A stretch of 63,483 bases of DNA, filler included, from Chiloscyllium plagiosum (lineage: Eukaryota): NCBI RefSeq assembly GCF_004010195.1. It is 4 parts of one record of this genome, joined end to end, with 100 filler letters (N's around TTAATTAATTAA, not from the genome) between each part and the next. Parts side by side here need not be neighbours in the genome. Positions count along the whole stretch, not along the records: positions 29,150 to 44,712 come from NC_057714.1; positions 44,813 to 61,551 come from NC_057714.1; 2 more parts are not named here. One strand, written 5' to 3'. Each line of letters opens with the position of its first letter. Position 1 is the first letter of the stretch. This document shows, one piece after another, positions 37,636 to 50,030 of this stretch. Below the pieces are notes generated by a model, which was not told the origin of the DNA, searched no databases, and worked only from the letters and a program-made list of their open reading frames with translations. A program made the position numbers and the translations under genes.

Positions 37636-38577
37636 CATTACATTCTCAGATAAATTATCACAAGGAACTCAGACAGTAATATGCAGTCTAATATGAATTC
37701 CATACTTTTCATATTAGAACTGGATTGGGAGCATTAAATGACTCTTCGTTTGTGGCTTTTGGTTTTCATGCTCTTATTTTCTCTGTCTCTGTCTGTCTCT
37801 TTTGCCCTTTCTCTTTTATCTTGTCTTGCTTGTTCTTCTTTTGAATGGTTACATATGGAGACAAGGTCAGGTCATTTGCCTCATGGCTGATATCCAATTA
37901 ATCACTCTCATTTTTAAATGATCTTTAGCCCCATCCATAAGTATGCTTTCCTTGCCTAATCAGGAATAGCTAATGTGGCTGCTGCTAACTTTTAATGTCT
38001 ATGTTAAATAATACCCTTTGTTTGTACAGCATCTCAATTATCATGACAGTGATCAAATACGAACAATCAATTCTCAAATTCCATTTTCAGATTTTAATAT
38101 CTGGGATCATTATGGAGTTAATTAACAGAAAGATTTTAAAATTGCCACAGCAATCAGCTGACCATATAGATTATATAAGCTTTCTGAAACTAATGTGGAA
38201 CAAAAACATCTATTTGAACCAAAATTAATATTTTTATCAAAAGACATCTAAACTAGTCAGGCTAGAGGAAATACACTTGTATGGTAAATTTCACAGATTA
38301 GAAATAAAAAACACTGCCTCCAATTATCGAGCTAGGAGCAAGGGACCCAGACATTGGAATATTCAAACCAGCTAAATCTCAGTGAATTGCTTTTGGCAGA
38401 ATGGAGGAGATGGATTTGTGACTGTAGCCAATTTGAGGAACTGCTCTTTCAGTCTCTCAGGAAGGAAAAGCATCTGGTCACAGAGTTGGTTCAAAGGATA
38501 TATCAGAAAACTCAAAGGTAAAGAGAAATATTCACGACTGCTGAGGATACAAGACAATAATTAAATGACTAACCTAA

Positions 38578-38707
38578 AATCAAAGAACTGTAGATGCTGG
38601 AAATCTGAAACAACAACAGAAATTACTAGAGAAATACAATCTGTCTGGCTGCATCTTTGGAAAGAAAGCAGAGTTAATGTTTAGAGTCCAGTGACTCTTC
38701 TTCAGAA
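38578..38707 (-). mobile_element. PLE tail fragment with near-intact hammerhead
   Basis: Minus strand CTGAAGA-A-GAGTC-actg-GACTC-TAAAC (GAAA changed to TAAA), followed by the tail ...ttccagcatctacagttc. Confidence 0.7.
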
Positions 38708-38842
38708 GTTTGATGAATCAAATGATTATGGTCTCAAATCAAAGTCTTAAGGACATCCTAAGGAATTTAAATTTTATGCTCATTTAATGTTTCCTTTGAA
38801 CTGGGCACTATCCCTTTTTCAGATTTTTATCTGTGAATATAT

Positions 38843-39150
38843 ATTAGATTAGATTACTTACAGTGTGAAAACAGGCCCTTCGGCCCAACAAGTCCACACC
38901 GCCCCACCGAAGCGTCACCCACCCATACCCCTACACATCTACCCCTTACCTAACACTACGGGCAATTTCGCATGGCCAATTCACCTGACCTGCACATCTT
39001 TGGACTGTGGGAGGAAACAGGAGCACCCGGAGGAAACCCACGCAGACATAGGGAGAATGTGCAAACTCCACACAGTCAGTCGCCTGAGGTGGGAATTGAA
39101 CCCGGGTCTCTGGCGCTGTGAGGCAGCAGTGCTAACCACTGTGCCACCCA
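38843..39150 (-). mobile_element. HE1/V-SINE, young copy
   Basis: CpG-retaining reverse complement of the head and V-domain; (attag)n tail at 38843. Confidence 0.9.
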
Positions 39151-39845
39151 CAAACAATATATGTTTGAGGATGCATGGTTATTATTTTCCTTGGTGTGAG
39201 CATATAACAAAATTTCATTCAAAGAACTTACAATTGGCCCCTTATTGTTTCTGGTGAGCGAGTTAACTCAATCTCAATTGCAGAGGTATAGCCTCATGCT
39301 AAAAAGAATATAAATCTTTGTTGCAACCAACCAAACAGGTTGAATTGAGGCGAGTGGGTTTGTCACTTCTCATCTGGTTGCAACAAGATGATTTTACAAC
39401 CTATGTTTCTCATGAGAGACATTTGTAGCGATTGTAATGAGGTCAACCAGGTGGACCTCATAGAATATGAATTCCCTGATTGGGGCTGTGAACCTGGTCC
39501 AATCTGGGAGCCCTGACAGGACTGTCAGAGATTCTTTTCACTCTTAGAGAAACAGAATAGTGTCAAGTACTATGCGCATATAAATAAAGGGTGTCTTGGT
39601 GATGGGATACCGGTCTCTGTGGAGTTATTTCAATGGTGATGATAGAAAAAATGTATGATTCTAAAGAAATTAATTCACAACAGTCGTGTTTGAGTTGGGT
39701 CAAACATTTCTGGCATCATATCATTATTTGGGAAGCTTGACTCGTTTGATCCTGCCATTGATGACTGGGCCCATTATGTAGAAAGAATGTGATTTTTTTT
39801 CCGGGGAAATGGTATTGTGGCAGATGAAAAGCAGCAACTAATTCT

Positions 39846-40567
39846 GGATGTAGGCTTGCTTGATGAACTGGTAGGTTCATTTTCAGATATTTTGTCACCA
39901 TATTTTGTAACATCGTCAGTGAGCCTCCAGATGAGGCACTGGTGGCATGGCCTGCTTTCTATTTATGTGTTTAGGTTTCCTTGGGTTGGTGTTTGTTTGT
40001 TGTCTATATAATAATGTGTATAAAAATCTGTCTGCATAAAAATGACTAATGTCATTTACAAAATACCTTGCAAGAGCTGTAACAAACACTACATTGGACA
40101 AACAGGCAGAAAACTAGCCCCAGGATACATGAACAATAACTAGCCACAAAAAGACATGATCCACTCTCCCTAGTATCCTTACATCCGGATGAGGAAGGAC
40201 ACCACTTTGACTGGGGCAACACATCCATCCTAAGACAAGCCAAACAGAGACATGCACGAGAATTCCTAGAAGTATGGCATTCCAAACCAGAACCATTTCA
40301 ACAAACACATTGACTTGGATCCCATTTAACACCCCCTGAGAAAAATAACAGCAAATGACATCACCACAGGAAATGACATCACCAACCCAAGGAAACTTAA
40401 ATATATAATCAGAAAGCGGGCCATGTCACCAGTAATTCATCTGGAGGCTCACTGAAGATGTTACCTAGTATGGTGACGAAACGTTTTAAAATGAACCTTC
40501 CAGCTTAGTGAGCAAACCTACGCCCAGAACCTCAACCTGAGCTATAAATCTTCTCAAAACTCGCTAA
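39846..40567 (+). mobile_element. PLE (Penelope/Poseidon-like) 3' fragment with an inverted 5' pseudo-LTR, inserted in Gypsy gag
   Basis: NVIYKIPCKSCNKHYIGQTGRKL...HHFDWGNTSIL...AREFLEVWHS GIY-YIG domain; 39842-39991 is the reverse complement of ~40380-40530; imperfect TSD caactaattct/cagctaagtct. Confidence 0.85.
40452..40486 (+). ncRNA. Hammerhead ribozyme motif
   Basis: CTGAAGA-T-GTTACC-tagtat-GGTGAC-GAAA-CGTT: core boxes plus a 6-bp stem II. Confidence 0.65.
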
Positions 40568-41985
40568 CAGCTAAGTCTTCTGAAAGCTTGTGGACCCACA
40601 GCTTTTTTTTTGGTTATTGAGAGCCTATTGTTTCCTGAGGCACTAGACACTTAAACCTTTCAAGAATTGGCAGATTTAAAGAATATTATTACCCCAAGCC
40701 TCCTCTAGTTTTGAGATGCTATTGGTTTTACTCAGCAATTTGAGAACAAGAGAATCCATTTCGGGATTTTTGATGAGGTTAAGATGTCTGGCAGAGACAT
40801 ATGACTTTGATTTAAGCATTAGTGAGAAGCTGAGACACCGGTTAGTATGTGGGATTAATGATGTAACTATGCAAACTCTCCATTGGCTGAAGCTCAACTA
40901 GACTTCAGACTGGCACTACAACTGGCTTTGTCATTAAAAAATGTGGCAAGTAGAGTATATGAGTAACTGGGTATGCCAATGGAAGTGGACACCCTTGCCA
41001 GGCTGACTGAGCTTGGAGATACCATTTGAGTGAAGGCAATTGCATTGCCTCACTCAGGGCATATCTTGAAAGAAGGGCTATAGGTCAGCTCACACAAAAA
41101 AACCCGAAAACAAAATCACACCTCGTCCAAGTGGTTAACATTTTCTTTAGGATCCAGGCCAAGCTGTCTTTCATGAGGCTGGGCATGAGCTAGGTGTACC
41201 TGCAATTGCGATAAGATGAAGATTCCCAATAATGAATGCCTATAAGTGTTTGTACCAACACTGTATAGGAGACCAATAGGTCTTTTGGGGTATCATCAGC
41301 CTGTGCAATATTCCAGTGGACTATGGAAAATATTTTACAAGGACTACACCAGGTCGCCATTTATCCAGATGACATGCTAATCATAGGGAGACCAATAAAG
41401 AACACTTAGAGAACTCAGACGTAGTCCTTAGATGTTTCTCCAAAGTGGGTGTATGCCTGAGAAGGGAAAAACTTGTGTCCTGGGCACTCCAAGTGATCTA
41501 CTTGGGCTACAGAGTCAACAAGACTGGATTATACCTGTTGGAAGGTATATCAAGGTCAATCAAAGGTATCCTGACCCATGTCTGTAACAGAGCTTAGGTC
41601 CTTTCTTAGATTGGTGAATTGTTACGACAAGTTCACACATAATCTGTCATCCATCCTGGCACCCTGACAACTGTGATTGAGAAAGGGTCCAGCTTGAAAA
41701 TAGTCTAATAGCTAAGATGCAACCTTTAGGGAAGTGATAAAGCAGCTATCATCTAAGGTGTTGGCACACCATGATCCCAAACGAGATCTGGTGCTCGCAT
41801 GTGATGCCTCCCCATATGGTATTGGGGTAGTGTTGGCTCACAGATGGTCCAATGGAGAGGAATGCCCAAGAGCATATGCCTTCTGGGCATTGTCTGATAT
41901 AGAGCACAAATATGCCCAGAGAGACAAGGAAGGTTTGACACTCATCTTTGGTCTGAGAAAGTCCACCAATACCTTTACGAATGTA

Positions 41986-42103
41986 GTCATGATTTGGAGA
42001 TGCCAGTGTTGGACTGGGGTGTACAAAGCTAAAAATCTCACAACACCAGGTTATAGTCCAACAGGTTTGGACTATAACCTGGTGTTGTGTGATTTTTAAC
42101 TTT
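41986..42103 (-). mobile_element. Fold-back PLE mini-insertion (family B) in Gypsy RNase H
   Basis: Hairpin 42025-42103 plus an unpaired terminal tail; 13-bp TSD ctttacgaatgta at 41973-41985 and 42100-42112. Confidence 0.85.
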
Positions 42104-42585
42104 ACGAATGTAAATTTGTAATTGTAACAGACCACAAACCTCTGGTAGAGCTACTCAAAGAGGACAAGGTTATGCTGCCCATAGCTTCAGGTCATCTTCA
42201 GCAGTGAGCTCTTATTCTAAGTGCATACAATTCCAAGTTGGAACACTGTCCAGGAGGACAAGTAACAAATGTGGATGTCTTGAGATCTGTCACCTGCTGG
42301 CAGGTACACCACCAACAGTGCCATCACTGGATGAGTCAGTTCTGTTTTTAAGCTTTCTGGACACCATTTCAGTCACCACTGACAATATCAGACTGTGGAC
42401 GCTAGAAGATCCAATCCTGCCAAAACTAAAATAGCTGGTGGAGATGAGGGAAACCAAAGGGCTATCACAACCAAGCTGGACCCACTGAGACCACATCATC
42501 GTATGTATTGGCTGAATTCCACCAGGGTCATCCAGGAGTTTCCAAAATGAAGACCTTGGTGAGAAGTTATATCTACTGACCAGGA

Positions 42586-42713
42586 GAAAGTGAAAACTGC
42601 AGATGCTGGAGATCAGAGCTGAAAATGTGTTGCTGGAAAAGCGCAGCACGTCAGGCAGCATCGAAGGAGCAGAAGAATCGACGTTTCGGGCATGAGCCCT
42701 TCTTCAGGAAGGA
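42586..42713 (-). mobile_element. 128-bp PLE insertion consisting of hammerhead plus tail
   Basis: 15-bp perfect TSD atctactgaccagga (42571-42585, 42714-42728); matches the PLE end at 29300-29430. Confidence 0.88.
42680..42707 (-). ncRNA. Minimal hammerhead ribozyme motif, intact core
   Basis: Minus strand CTGAAGA-A-GGGC-tcat-GCCC-GAAA-C-GTC. Confidence 0.75.
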
Positions 42714-42990
42714 ATCTACTGACCAGGAATAGATGCCATCATAGTTGTGTTAATGGGGCAGTGCCCAGAGTGTCAGCAGGGACAAAATTATCTCCAGCAG
42801 CTCCCCCAGATTTGTGGGAATGACCAAGTAAACACTGCATTCGGTTGCATGCTGACAATGCAGGTCGTTTCATAGAGTCTATGTTTATAGTGATTGTGGG
42901 CGCCTACTCAAAGTGGTTGGACATGCTTCTCGTTCAATCATCAAACATGGGAACAATGATAGAAAAGCTGCATGCATTTTTTGCAATATT

Positions 42991-44500
42991 TCCAGATTGT
43001 CTCAATGCCTTCTATGCTCACTTTGAGCAGAATTTCGGCAGAGAGGTAACACCTATTCCGGCAAGACCTGATGAACCTATCACAACAGTCACTGCATCAG
43101 AGGTGAGATCAGTTTTCCTTTGTGCGAATCCAAGGAAAGCGATAGGACCAGACATAGTACCAGGCCGTGCACTCAGAGCATGCTCAGATCAATTGGCAGA
43201 GGTCTTCTCAGACATCTCCAACCTCTCCCTGCAGCAGGCCACTGTCCCTGCCTGTTTCAAGAGGGCCAACATCATCCCTTTGCCTAAGAAGGCTCACGCA
43301 GCATGTCTCAATGACTACCGCCCAGTGGCCCTAACTTCAGTGGTCATGAAGTGCTTTGAAAGGCTGGTCATCATGTTAATCAACTCCAGCCTCCCCATTA
43401 CTCTTGACCCACTTCGGCCTTCAACACTATTATCCCTTCGAGACTTATTACTAAACTTAGTGCTCTTGGACTAAGTCCCACTCTCTGCAACTGGATCCTC
43501 AGTTTCCTGACCCACAGGCCACAATCAGTGAAAATTGGGGACAATATTTCATCCTCACTAACGCTCAACACTGGAGCCCCCAGGGGTGCATACTCAGCCT
43601 CCTACTGAACACACTGTCTACCCATGACTATGTTCTCAAATACCAGACTAACGCTATTTACAAGTTCGCTGATAACACTACCATAGTCGGTCAAATCTCA
43701 GGTGGCGCTGAAACAGACTACAGATGGGAGGTGGAAGACGTGGAAAAATGGTGCACTGAGAACAACCTAGCTCTCAATGTCAGCAAAACCAAGGAACTCA
43801 TTATTGACTTTCGGAGGAATGTTACTCATGCCCCCCCACACATTAACGGCACAGAGGTGGAACGAGTGGAGAGTGTCAAGCTCCTGGGAGTGGTCATCCA
43901 CAACAAACTTTCTTGGACTCTTCATGTGGACGCAGTGGTTACAAAGGCCCAACAATGTCTCTTCTTCCTCAGGCAGCTGAGGAAATTTGGCATGACGACG
44001 AATACCCTTGCCAACTTTTATTGGTGTGCTATCGATGGCATTCTGTCTGGATGTATCACTACCTGGTATGGCAACTGTACCATTCAAGATCGAAGATGGT
44101 TACAAAGAGTGGTGAACTCAGCCCGGACAATCACAAAGACCAACCTCCATCTTTAGAATCCATCTACCAGGCCCATTGTTAAGGAAAGGATGCCAGCATT
44201 CTCAAAGATCCATCCCACCCTGGCAATGTTTTTCTACAAACTCTACCATCAGGGAGAAGGTACAGAAACCTGAACACAGGCACCAGCTGATTTTGTACCA
44301 GTTTCGATCCTACTGTTGTTAAAATACTGAATGGACTGACAAACTCTTAACAAAATCGCCTGTACCTGTGTTTTTGTTTTTGTTGCTATTTACCTATTAT
44401 TTACTATCTATGCCACTTCATTATGTAATCTGCCTGTATTGTTCGCAAAACAAAGCTTTTGACTGTGCCTTGGTACACCTGACAATAAATTCAATTCAAT
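42991..44500 (+). mobile_element. Rex1/Babar LINE, 5'-truncated
   Basis: LNAFYAHFE...NPRKAIGPD...CLNDYRPVALTSVVMKCFERLV; KFADNTTIVG; WCTENNLALNVSKTKELIIDFRR; tail caataaattcaattcaat. Confidence 0.9.
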
Positions 44501-44712
44501 ACAGAGAAACCTTGATTATCCGAATGAGATGGGCAGGCACTATTTTGTTCAGATAATTGATTATTTGGTTAATTGATTAAATGCCTCTCCTCTTTGGCTC
44601 GGAGTTTTCTGAAGTTTCCTTTTTCCTCACTCTGCCTGCCTTGCTCCCTCTCTCTGTCTCAGGGTTTGTTTCTGAGCAGACACACACTTGTGTGTAAGGG
44701 ACCTGCAGCATT

Positions 44713-44812
44713 NNNNNNNNNNNNNNNNNNNNNNNNNNNNNNNNNNNNNNNNNNNNTTAATTAATTAANNNNNNNNNNNNNNNNNNNNNNNNNNNNNNNN
44801 NNNNNNNNNNNN
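44713..44812. other. Assembly gap with artificial linker
   Basis: N44-TTAATTAATTAA-N44. Confidence 0.97.
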
Positions 44813-45372
44813 TACCTGACATATGCTTCCTTCTTTTTCTTAACCAAACCCTCAATTTCTTTAGTCATCCAGCATTCCGTATACCTACCAGCCTTCCCTT
44901 TCACACTAACAGGAATATACTTTCTCTGGATTCTTGTTATCTCATTTTTGAGACATATGCTTCCTTCTTTTTCTTAACCAAACCCTCAATTTCTTTAGTC
45001 ATCCAGCATTCCGTATACCTACCAGCCTTCCCTTTCACACTAACAGGAATATACTTTCTCTGGATTCTTGTTATCTCATTTTTGAAGGCTTCCCATTTTC
45101 CAGCTGTTCCTTTACCTGTGAACATTTGCCTTCAATCAGCTTTCGAAAGTTCTTGCCTAATACCGTCAAAATTGACCTTTCTCCAATTTAGAACTTCAAC
45201 TTTTAGATCTGGTCTATCCTTTTCCATCACTATTTTAAAACAAATAGAATTATGGTCGCTGGCCCCAAAGTGCTCCCCCACTGACACCTCAGTCACCTTT
45301 CCTGCCTTATTTCCCAAGAGTAGGTCAAGTTTTGCACCTTCTCTAGTAGGTACATCCACATACTGAATTAGA
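44813..45372 (-). mobile_element. CR1 ORF2 fragment containing an exact 134-bp tandem duplication
   Basis: PTREGAKLDLLLGN...GEHFGASDHNSI; 44818-44951 equals 44952-45085. Confidence 0.85.
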
Positions 45373-45384
45373 ATGTTTAACCTT

Positions 45385-46982
45385 TTCTGCCTATGATATG
45401 GGGTTCACATTTGCTTCAAGAGGACCACTACAATTCCTGTGCCAAAACAAAATCAGGCAGCAAGCCTTAATGACTACCGCCTGGTGGCTCTGACATCCAA
45501 TATAATGAAGTGCTTTGAGAGGTTAGTAATGGCACACATCAATTCCAGCTTCCCAGATTGCCTTGAACCACTACAATTCACCTACCGTCACAATAGGTCC
45601 ATGGCAGTTGCTATCTCCCTGGCCCTACACTCATCCCTGGAGCATCTCGATAACATGGACCCTTACGTCAGACCCTTATTTATTGGCTTTTGCTTTTGCT
45701 CCACCTTCAACAGCATTATTCCTCCAAAATTCATCTCAAAACGCTGAGACCTAGGAATCTGCTCCCCCCTCACAACTGGATCCTTGCTTTCCCAACCCTG
45801 CAGACTGCAATCAATAAGGGCAGGTGATAACATCTCTTCCATAATAAACCTCAACACCGGTGCCCAGTTACTATACTCCGTACATGCTCATTAATGTGAA
45901 ACTACATTCAACTCTAGCTCCAGTTGTAAATTTGCTGATGACACTACCATAATGGGTCAGATCTCAAACAGCAATGAGACAGATGTAAAGGAAAGAGGTA
46001 GTGAGCTTAACAGCATCGTTTAAAGACAATAGTCTATCCCTCAATGTCAGCAAAATGAAGGAGCTGTCCATTGGCTTCAGGAAGCAGAGTGGAGGACATG
46101 CCCCTGTCTCTATCATGGCGGTGAGGTGGAGATGGTCAAGAACTTAAAGTTTCTCAAAGTAAATATCACCAACAACCTGTCCTCGTTTATCCACATCGAT
46201 GCTGCAGTCAAGAGCATACACAAAAGCCTCTACTTCCACTGAAAGCTAAGGAAATTTGGCATGTCCGCAATAATGCTTCACAATTTTTATAAATGCACCA
46301 CAGAAAGCATCCTCTTCAGATATATCACAGCTTGATCTGGCAGCTAGTCTGCCCAAGACCACAAGAATCTACAGAAAGTTGTGAACATAGCCCAGTCCAT
46401 CACAAAAACCAGCCTTTCTTCCATCTACACTTCCCGCTGCCTTGGGGAAGCAGCCAACATTATCATAGACCTCTCCTACCTGGTTTACTCTCCTCCACTC
46501 TCTTCCATCGGACAGAAGTATTAAAAGTTTGAAAATGTATAACAACAGATTTAAGAACAGCTTCTTCCCCACAGTTAACAGATGTATCAAGTTAAAAATC
46601 ACACAACACCAGGTTATAGTCCAACAGGTTTATTTGGAAGCATTAGCTTTTGGAGTGCTACTCCCTGATGAAGGAGCGGTGCCCCGAAAGCTAGTGCTTC
46701 CAATAAACCCAGTTAGACTATAACCTGGTGTTGTGTGATTTTTTAACTTTGTCCACCCCAGTCCAACACTGGCTCCTCCACATCAGATGCATGAACAGAC
46801 CTCTCATACATTAGTTGGTCTTTCTCTGCACCTTCTCTGTAGCTGTAACACAATGTTCTGCATTCTGCCCTTTTACTCTGATGTACTTATCTAAGGTATG
46901 AATTGTCTGGATAGCATGCAAAACAATATGTTTCACTGTACCTTGATACATGTGACAATAATAAATCAAATCAAATCAAATA
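45385..46982 (+). mobile_element. Rex1/Babar LINE, degraded
   Basis: SLNDYRLVALTSNIMKCFERLVMAHINSS; aaatttgctgatgacactacc; tail aataaatcaaatcaaatcaaa. Confidence 0.88.
46588..46784 (+). mobile_element. Fold-back PLE mini-insertion (family B) with hammerhead
   Basis: Near-perfect palindrome 46589-46749 containing CTGATGA-A-GGAGC-ggt-GCCCC-GAAA-GCTA (46665-46693); TSD cagatgtat/cagatgcat. Confidence 0.85.
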
Positions 46983-49900
46983 CTGTCGTTGAAACCAAAT
47001 CTGCAATATTATGTACTTGTGTTTCAGTGGGGGAGCACCTCACTAAATAGAAAATAAATTCATCAAGCCAGATTTCAGTCTAGGATCCCTCTTGTCCAGT
47101 AGTGGTATCAGCTGGGATCATAACATAATGTAAAAAAGAAAATGATTACAATAGCTTTGTTTAATGTAGAGGCATAATATTTTTGTAAAGAAAGAAGGGT
47201 GTTATATCATTATATTATTCATATAGTGTCAAGAACTAATCCTAAATTGACATCCAGAATGCCAAAGTTATTGTTGTATTGCAGTCAGGTGTCAAATAAT
47301 AATGTATTAGTCAACCAATTACATGGAGAGCAGCAAGAAACACACTTGATGAAACCCCTGCACTTTGAATCTAAAGGTGAGTTTACTTTGACCTCTTAGG
47401 AACCAGAAACCCTTATAACTAAGGTTGTGAACAGAGTGTTTTGGACTGTGAAGTAGTGAATTCAATTCCAATCAAATGCTCTGAATTGCTTTCATTATTC
47501 AAGAATAAGCATAAGATTGGAAATCATCTCTAAGTAGGACGCTCTGAGTACAAGATGTCAGTTGAAGCTATTGATTTAAATATGCTAAAATATGAGGATA
47601 AGGAGAATATTTGATTGCTTATTTGATTACTATCTGCCTGTGATTTGTTCAATAAAAACATTAGAAGTATGTTGTAACTTCTGATGATTGTGGTCATGAG
47701 TTAGGTAGTCTGGTTTCAATGTCATCACTGTATCATCTGAGCTCCAAGATCAATCACTCAATAATATTTTGGCAAAATGAGATCAAGGTTTCATTAATCT
47801 ATCCAAAACACACTAATAATGCTGTAATATATTAATCAACTGGATATAAACATCTATAGGCAAAGGTGTGAGTCTATAGATCCCAACAAACTGACAGGAA
47901 AGTTTTTGAAATATGCATGATGCAGGATTATGTTTTCTTTTGGCATATTTTTGCAGACAGTGAAAATATAAGTGATGTTGGTGTCATTTGAAGAACTGTT
48001 TTGGAGAATTAACACATGCAAGAATACTGAACCAACATACATGCTTAAAATGGTATGATCAGAAAGACCTTGGGGTGAAGACTGACTGAATCTATCTTTT
48101 GTCTAACAGCACTCGGCACTATTAGTGTGCAATTCAAAACATTACTTTTTGTTGTTCAATTTATCAGCTGCATAGATAAAATATTAAGAGCCAAAAATGT
48201 GCTTGTTAGTGCTGCTAGTTTCGAGGAGCAGTTGACCTAAAAATGAAAGGGGTGCAATACTGATGGCTCCATCATGCTGGTAGGACAATTCAGCAGGCAC
48301 AATAGAAACATATGAAGTGAGTAGATCATGATGTCACTCAGCAACTTTAGCTTACCTGGCATCCAACCTGCCAGTTTACAATTTGCAGGTCCTGACAAAA
48401 CCTTATTTTAATCAAACACAGTTGCAGGTGTGTTCAGTTACAGGAGAGTTTTCCAAACGATTCCTACACTGTTTAAAGGGTCATCATTCTACTTTCAGGT
48501 GAGATCACCAGCGCTTCACTGTCTGTCTTGCATCTAAGCCTTCCTGTACACGAGGAGAGGAAATTGTATTCTTCTCTCTCTGAGGGAAACAAAGCCAGAG
48601 GAGTAGCTATGTGGTTTCACCAGGACAGCAGATTTCCCAGTGAAGCAGGGAGCCATCACTTTCATGCATCTGTTTGCACAGAAAGAAATCCTGCAATCAC
48701 AAAGTGTTCCTCTCCTGAAATGAGTGATTGGTGTGCTATCCTGTACAGACCATCATATTGATGAATTCCGATTATCCTGGTATCAATCATGAGGTATTTA
48801 TCCTGTGCTAGTCAACTATCCAGTCACGACACTGAACCAGTACCCCTCTGTTCAGCAACAAGAGCTACCTGCTCTTCACATAACCAATGATTCCCCTCGG
48901 CAGCCCTTATACCCACCCCAATAATATCGAGGTTTGATTTGACAAGTGGCAAACAACATTCACGCCACACAAATGCCAAGCTATGACCATCACCAATAAG
49001 AGACAATCTAACCACCGCCCCTGACATTCAGTGGTATTACCGTCACTGAATCCCCCACTATCAACATTCTAGGGGTTACCATTGACCAGAAACTCAACTG
49101 TGAACATGGTTAGGAACGTGAAACTGGGATATCATGGCAATTACAGAAATATGGCTCAGGGATGGGTAGGAGTTGCAGCTTAATGTCCCAGGATACAAAT
49201 GCTCCAGGAAGGATAGAAAGGGAGGCAAGAGAAGAGAGGAAGTGGTGTTTTTGATAAGGGATAGCATTACAGCTGTACTGAGAAGGATATTCCCGGAAAT
49301 ACATCCAGGGAAGTTATTTGGAGGGAACTAAGAGTAAGAAAGGGATGATCACTTTATTGGGATTGTATTATAGACCTCCTAATAGTCAGAGGGAAATTGA
49401 GAAACAAATTTGTAAGGAGACCTCAGTTATCTGTAAGAATAATAGGGTGGTTATGATAGGGGATTTTAACTTTCCACACATAGACTTGGATTGCCATAGT
49501 GTTAAAGACTTAGATGGAGAGGAATTTGTTAAGTGTGTACAAGAAAGTAGTGGATGTACTGACGAGAGAAGGTGCAAAACTTGACCTACTCTTGGGAAAT
49601 AAGGCAGGGCAAGTGACCGAGGTGTTAGTGGGGGAGCACTTTGGGGCCAGCAACCACAATTCTATTAGATTTTAAAAAGAGATGGAAAAGGATAGACCAG
49701 ATCTAAAAGTTGAAGTTCTAAATTGGAAAAGGCCAATTTTGATGGCATTAGGCCAGAACATTCAAAAGCTGATTGGGCACAGATTTTCACGGGAAAGGGG
49801 ATGGCTGAAAAATGGGAAGCTGTCAGAAATGAGATGATGAGAGTCCTGAAACAGTATGTTCCTGTTAGGGTGACAGAAAAGGCTGGTAGGTATAGGGAAT

Positions 49901-50030
49901 GCTGAATGACTAAAGAAATTGAGGGTTTGGTTAAGAAAAAGAAGGAAGCATATGTCAGGTATAGGTAGGACAGACTGAGTGAATCCGTAGAATCATAGAG
50001 TCATAGAGATGTACAGCACGGAAACAGACC

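Larger units (their letters stand above)
39424..42990 (+). mobile_element. Decayed Gypsy LTR retrotransposon (5' LTR, gag, RT, RNase H, integrase start) with nested insertions
   Basis: LTR 39424-39632 (TG..CA) followed by PBS-like atggtgatga; gag SLFGKLDSFDPAIDDWAHYVERM and KLRHRLVCGIND; RT FGVSSACAIFQWTMENILQGLHQVAIYPDDMLI; RNase H LVLACDASPYGIG...TDHKPL; integrase HADNAGRF...VGAYSKWLD. Truncated by a Rex LINE. Confidence 0.88.

Noticed and set aside
41986..42103. Long hairpins as microRNA precursors or CRISPR-like repeats
   Set aside because: Multi-copy, TSD-flanked transposon fold-backs in a vertebrate genome; no repeat-spacer array.
44818..45085. Exact 134-bp tandem duplication in a CR1 fragment
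   Set aside because: Begins 5 bp from a contig end, so an assembly overlap artefact cannot be excluded; not treated as a biological finding.
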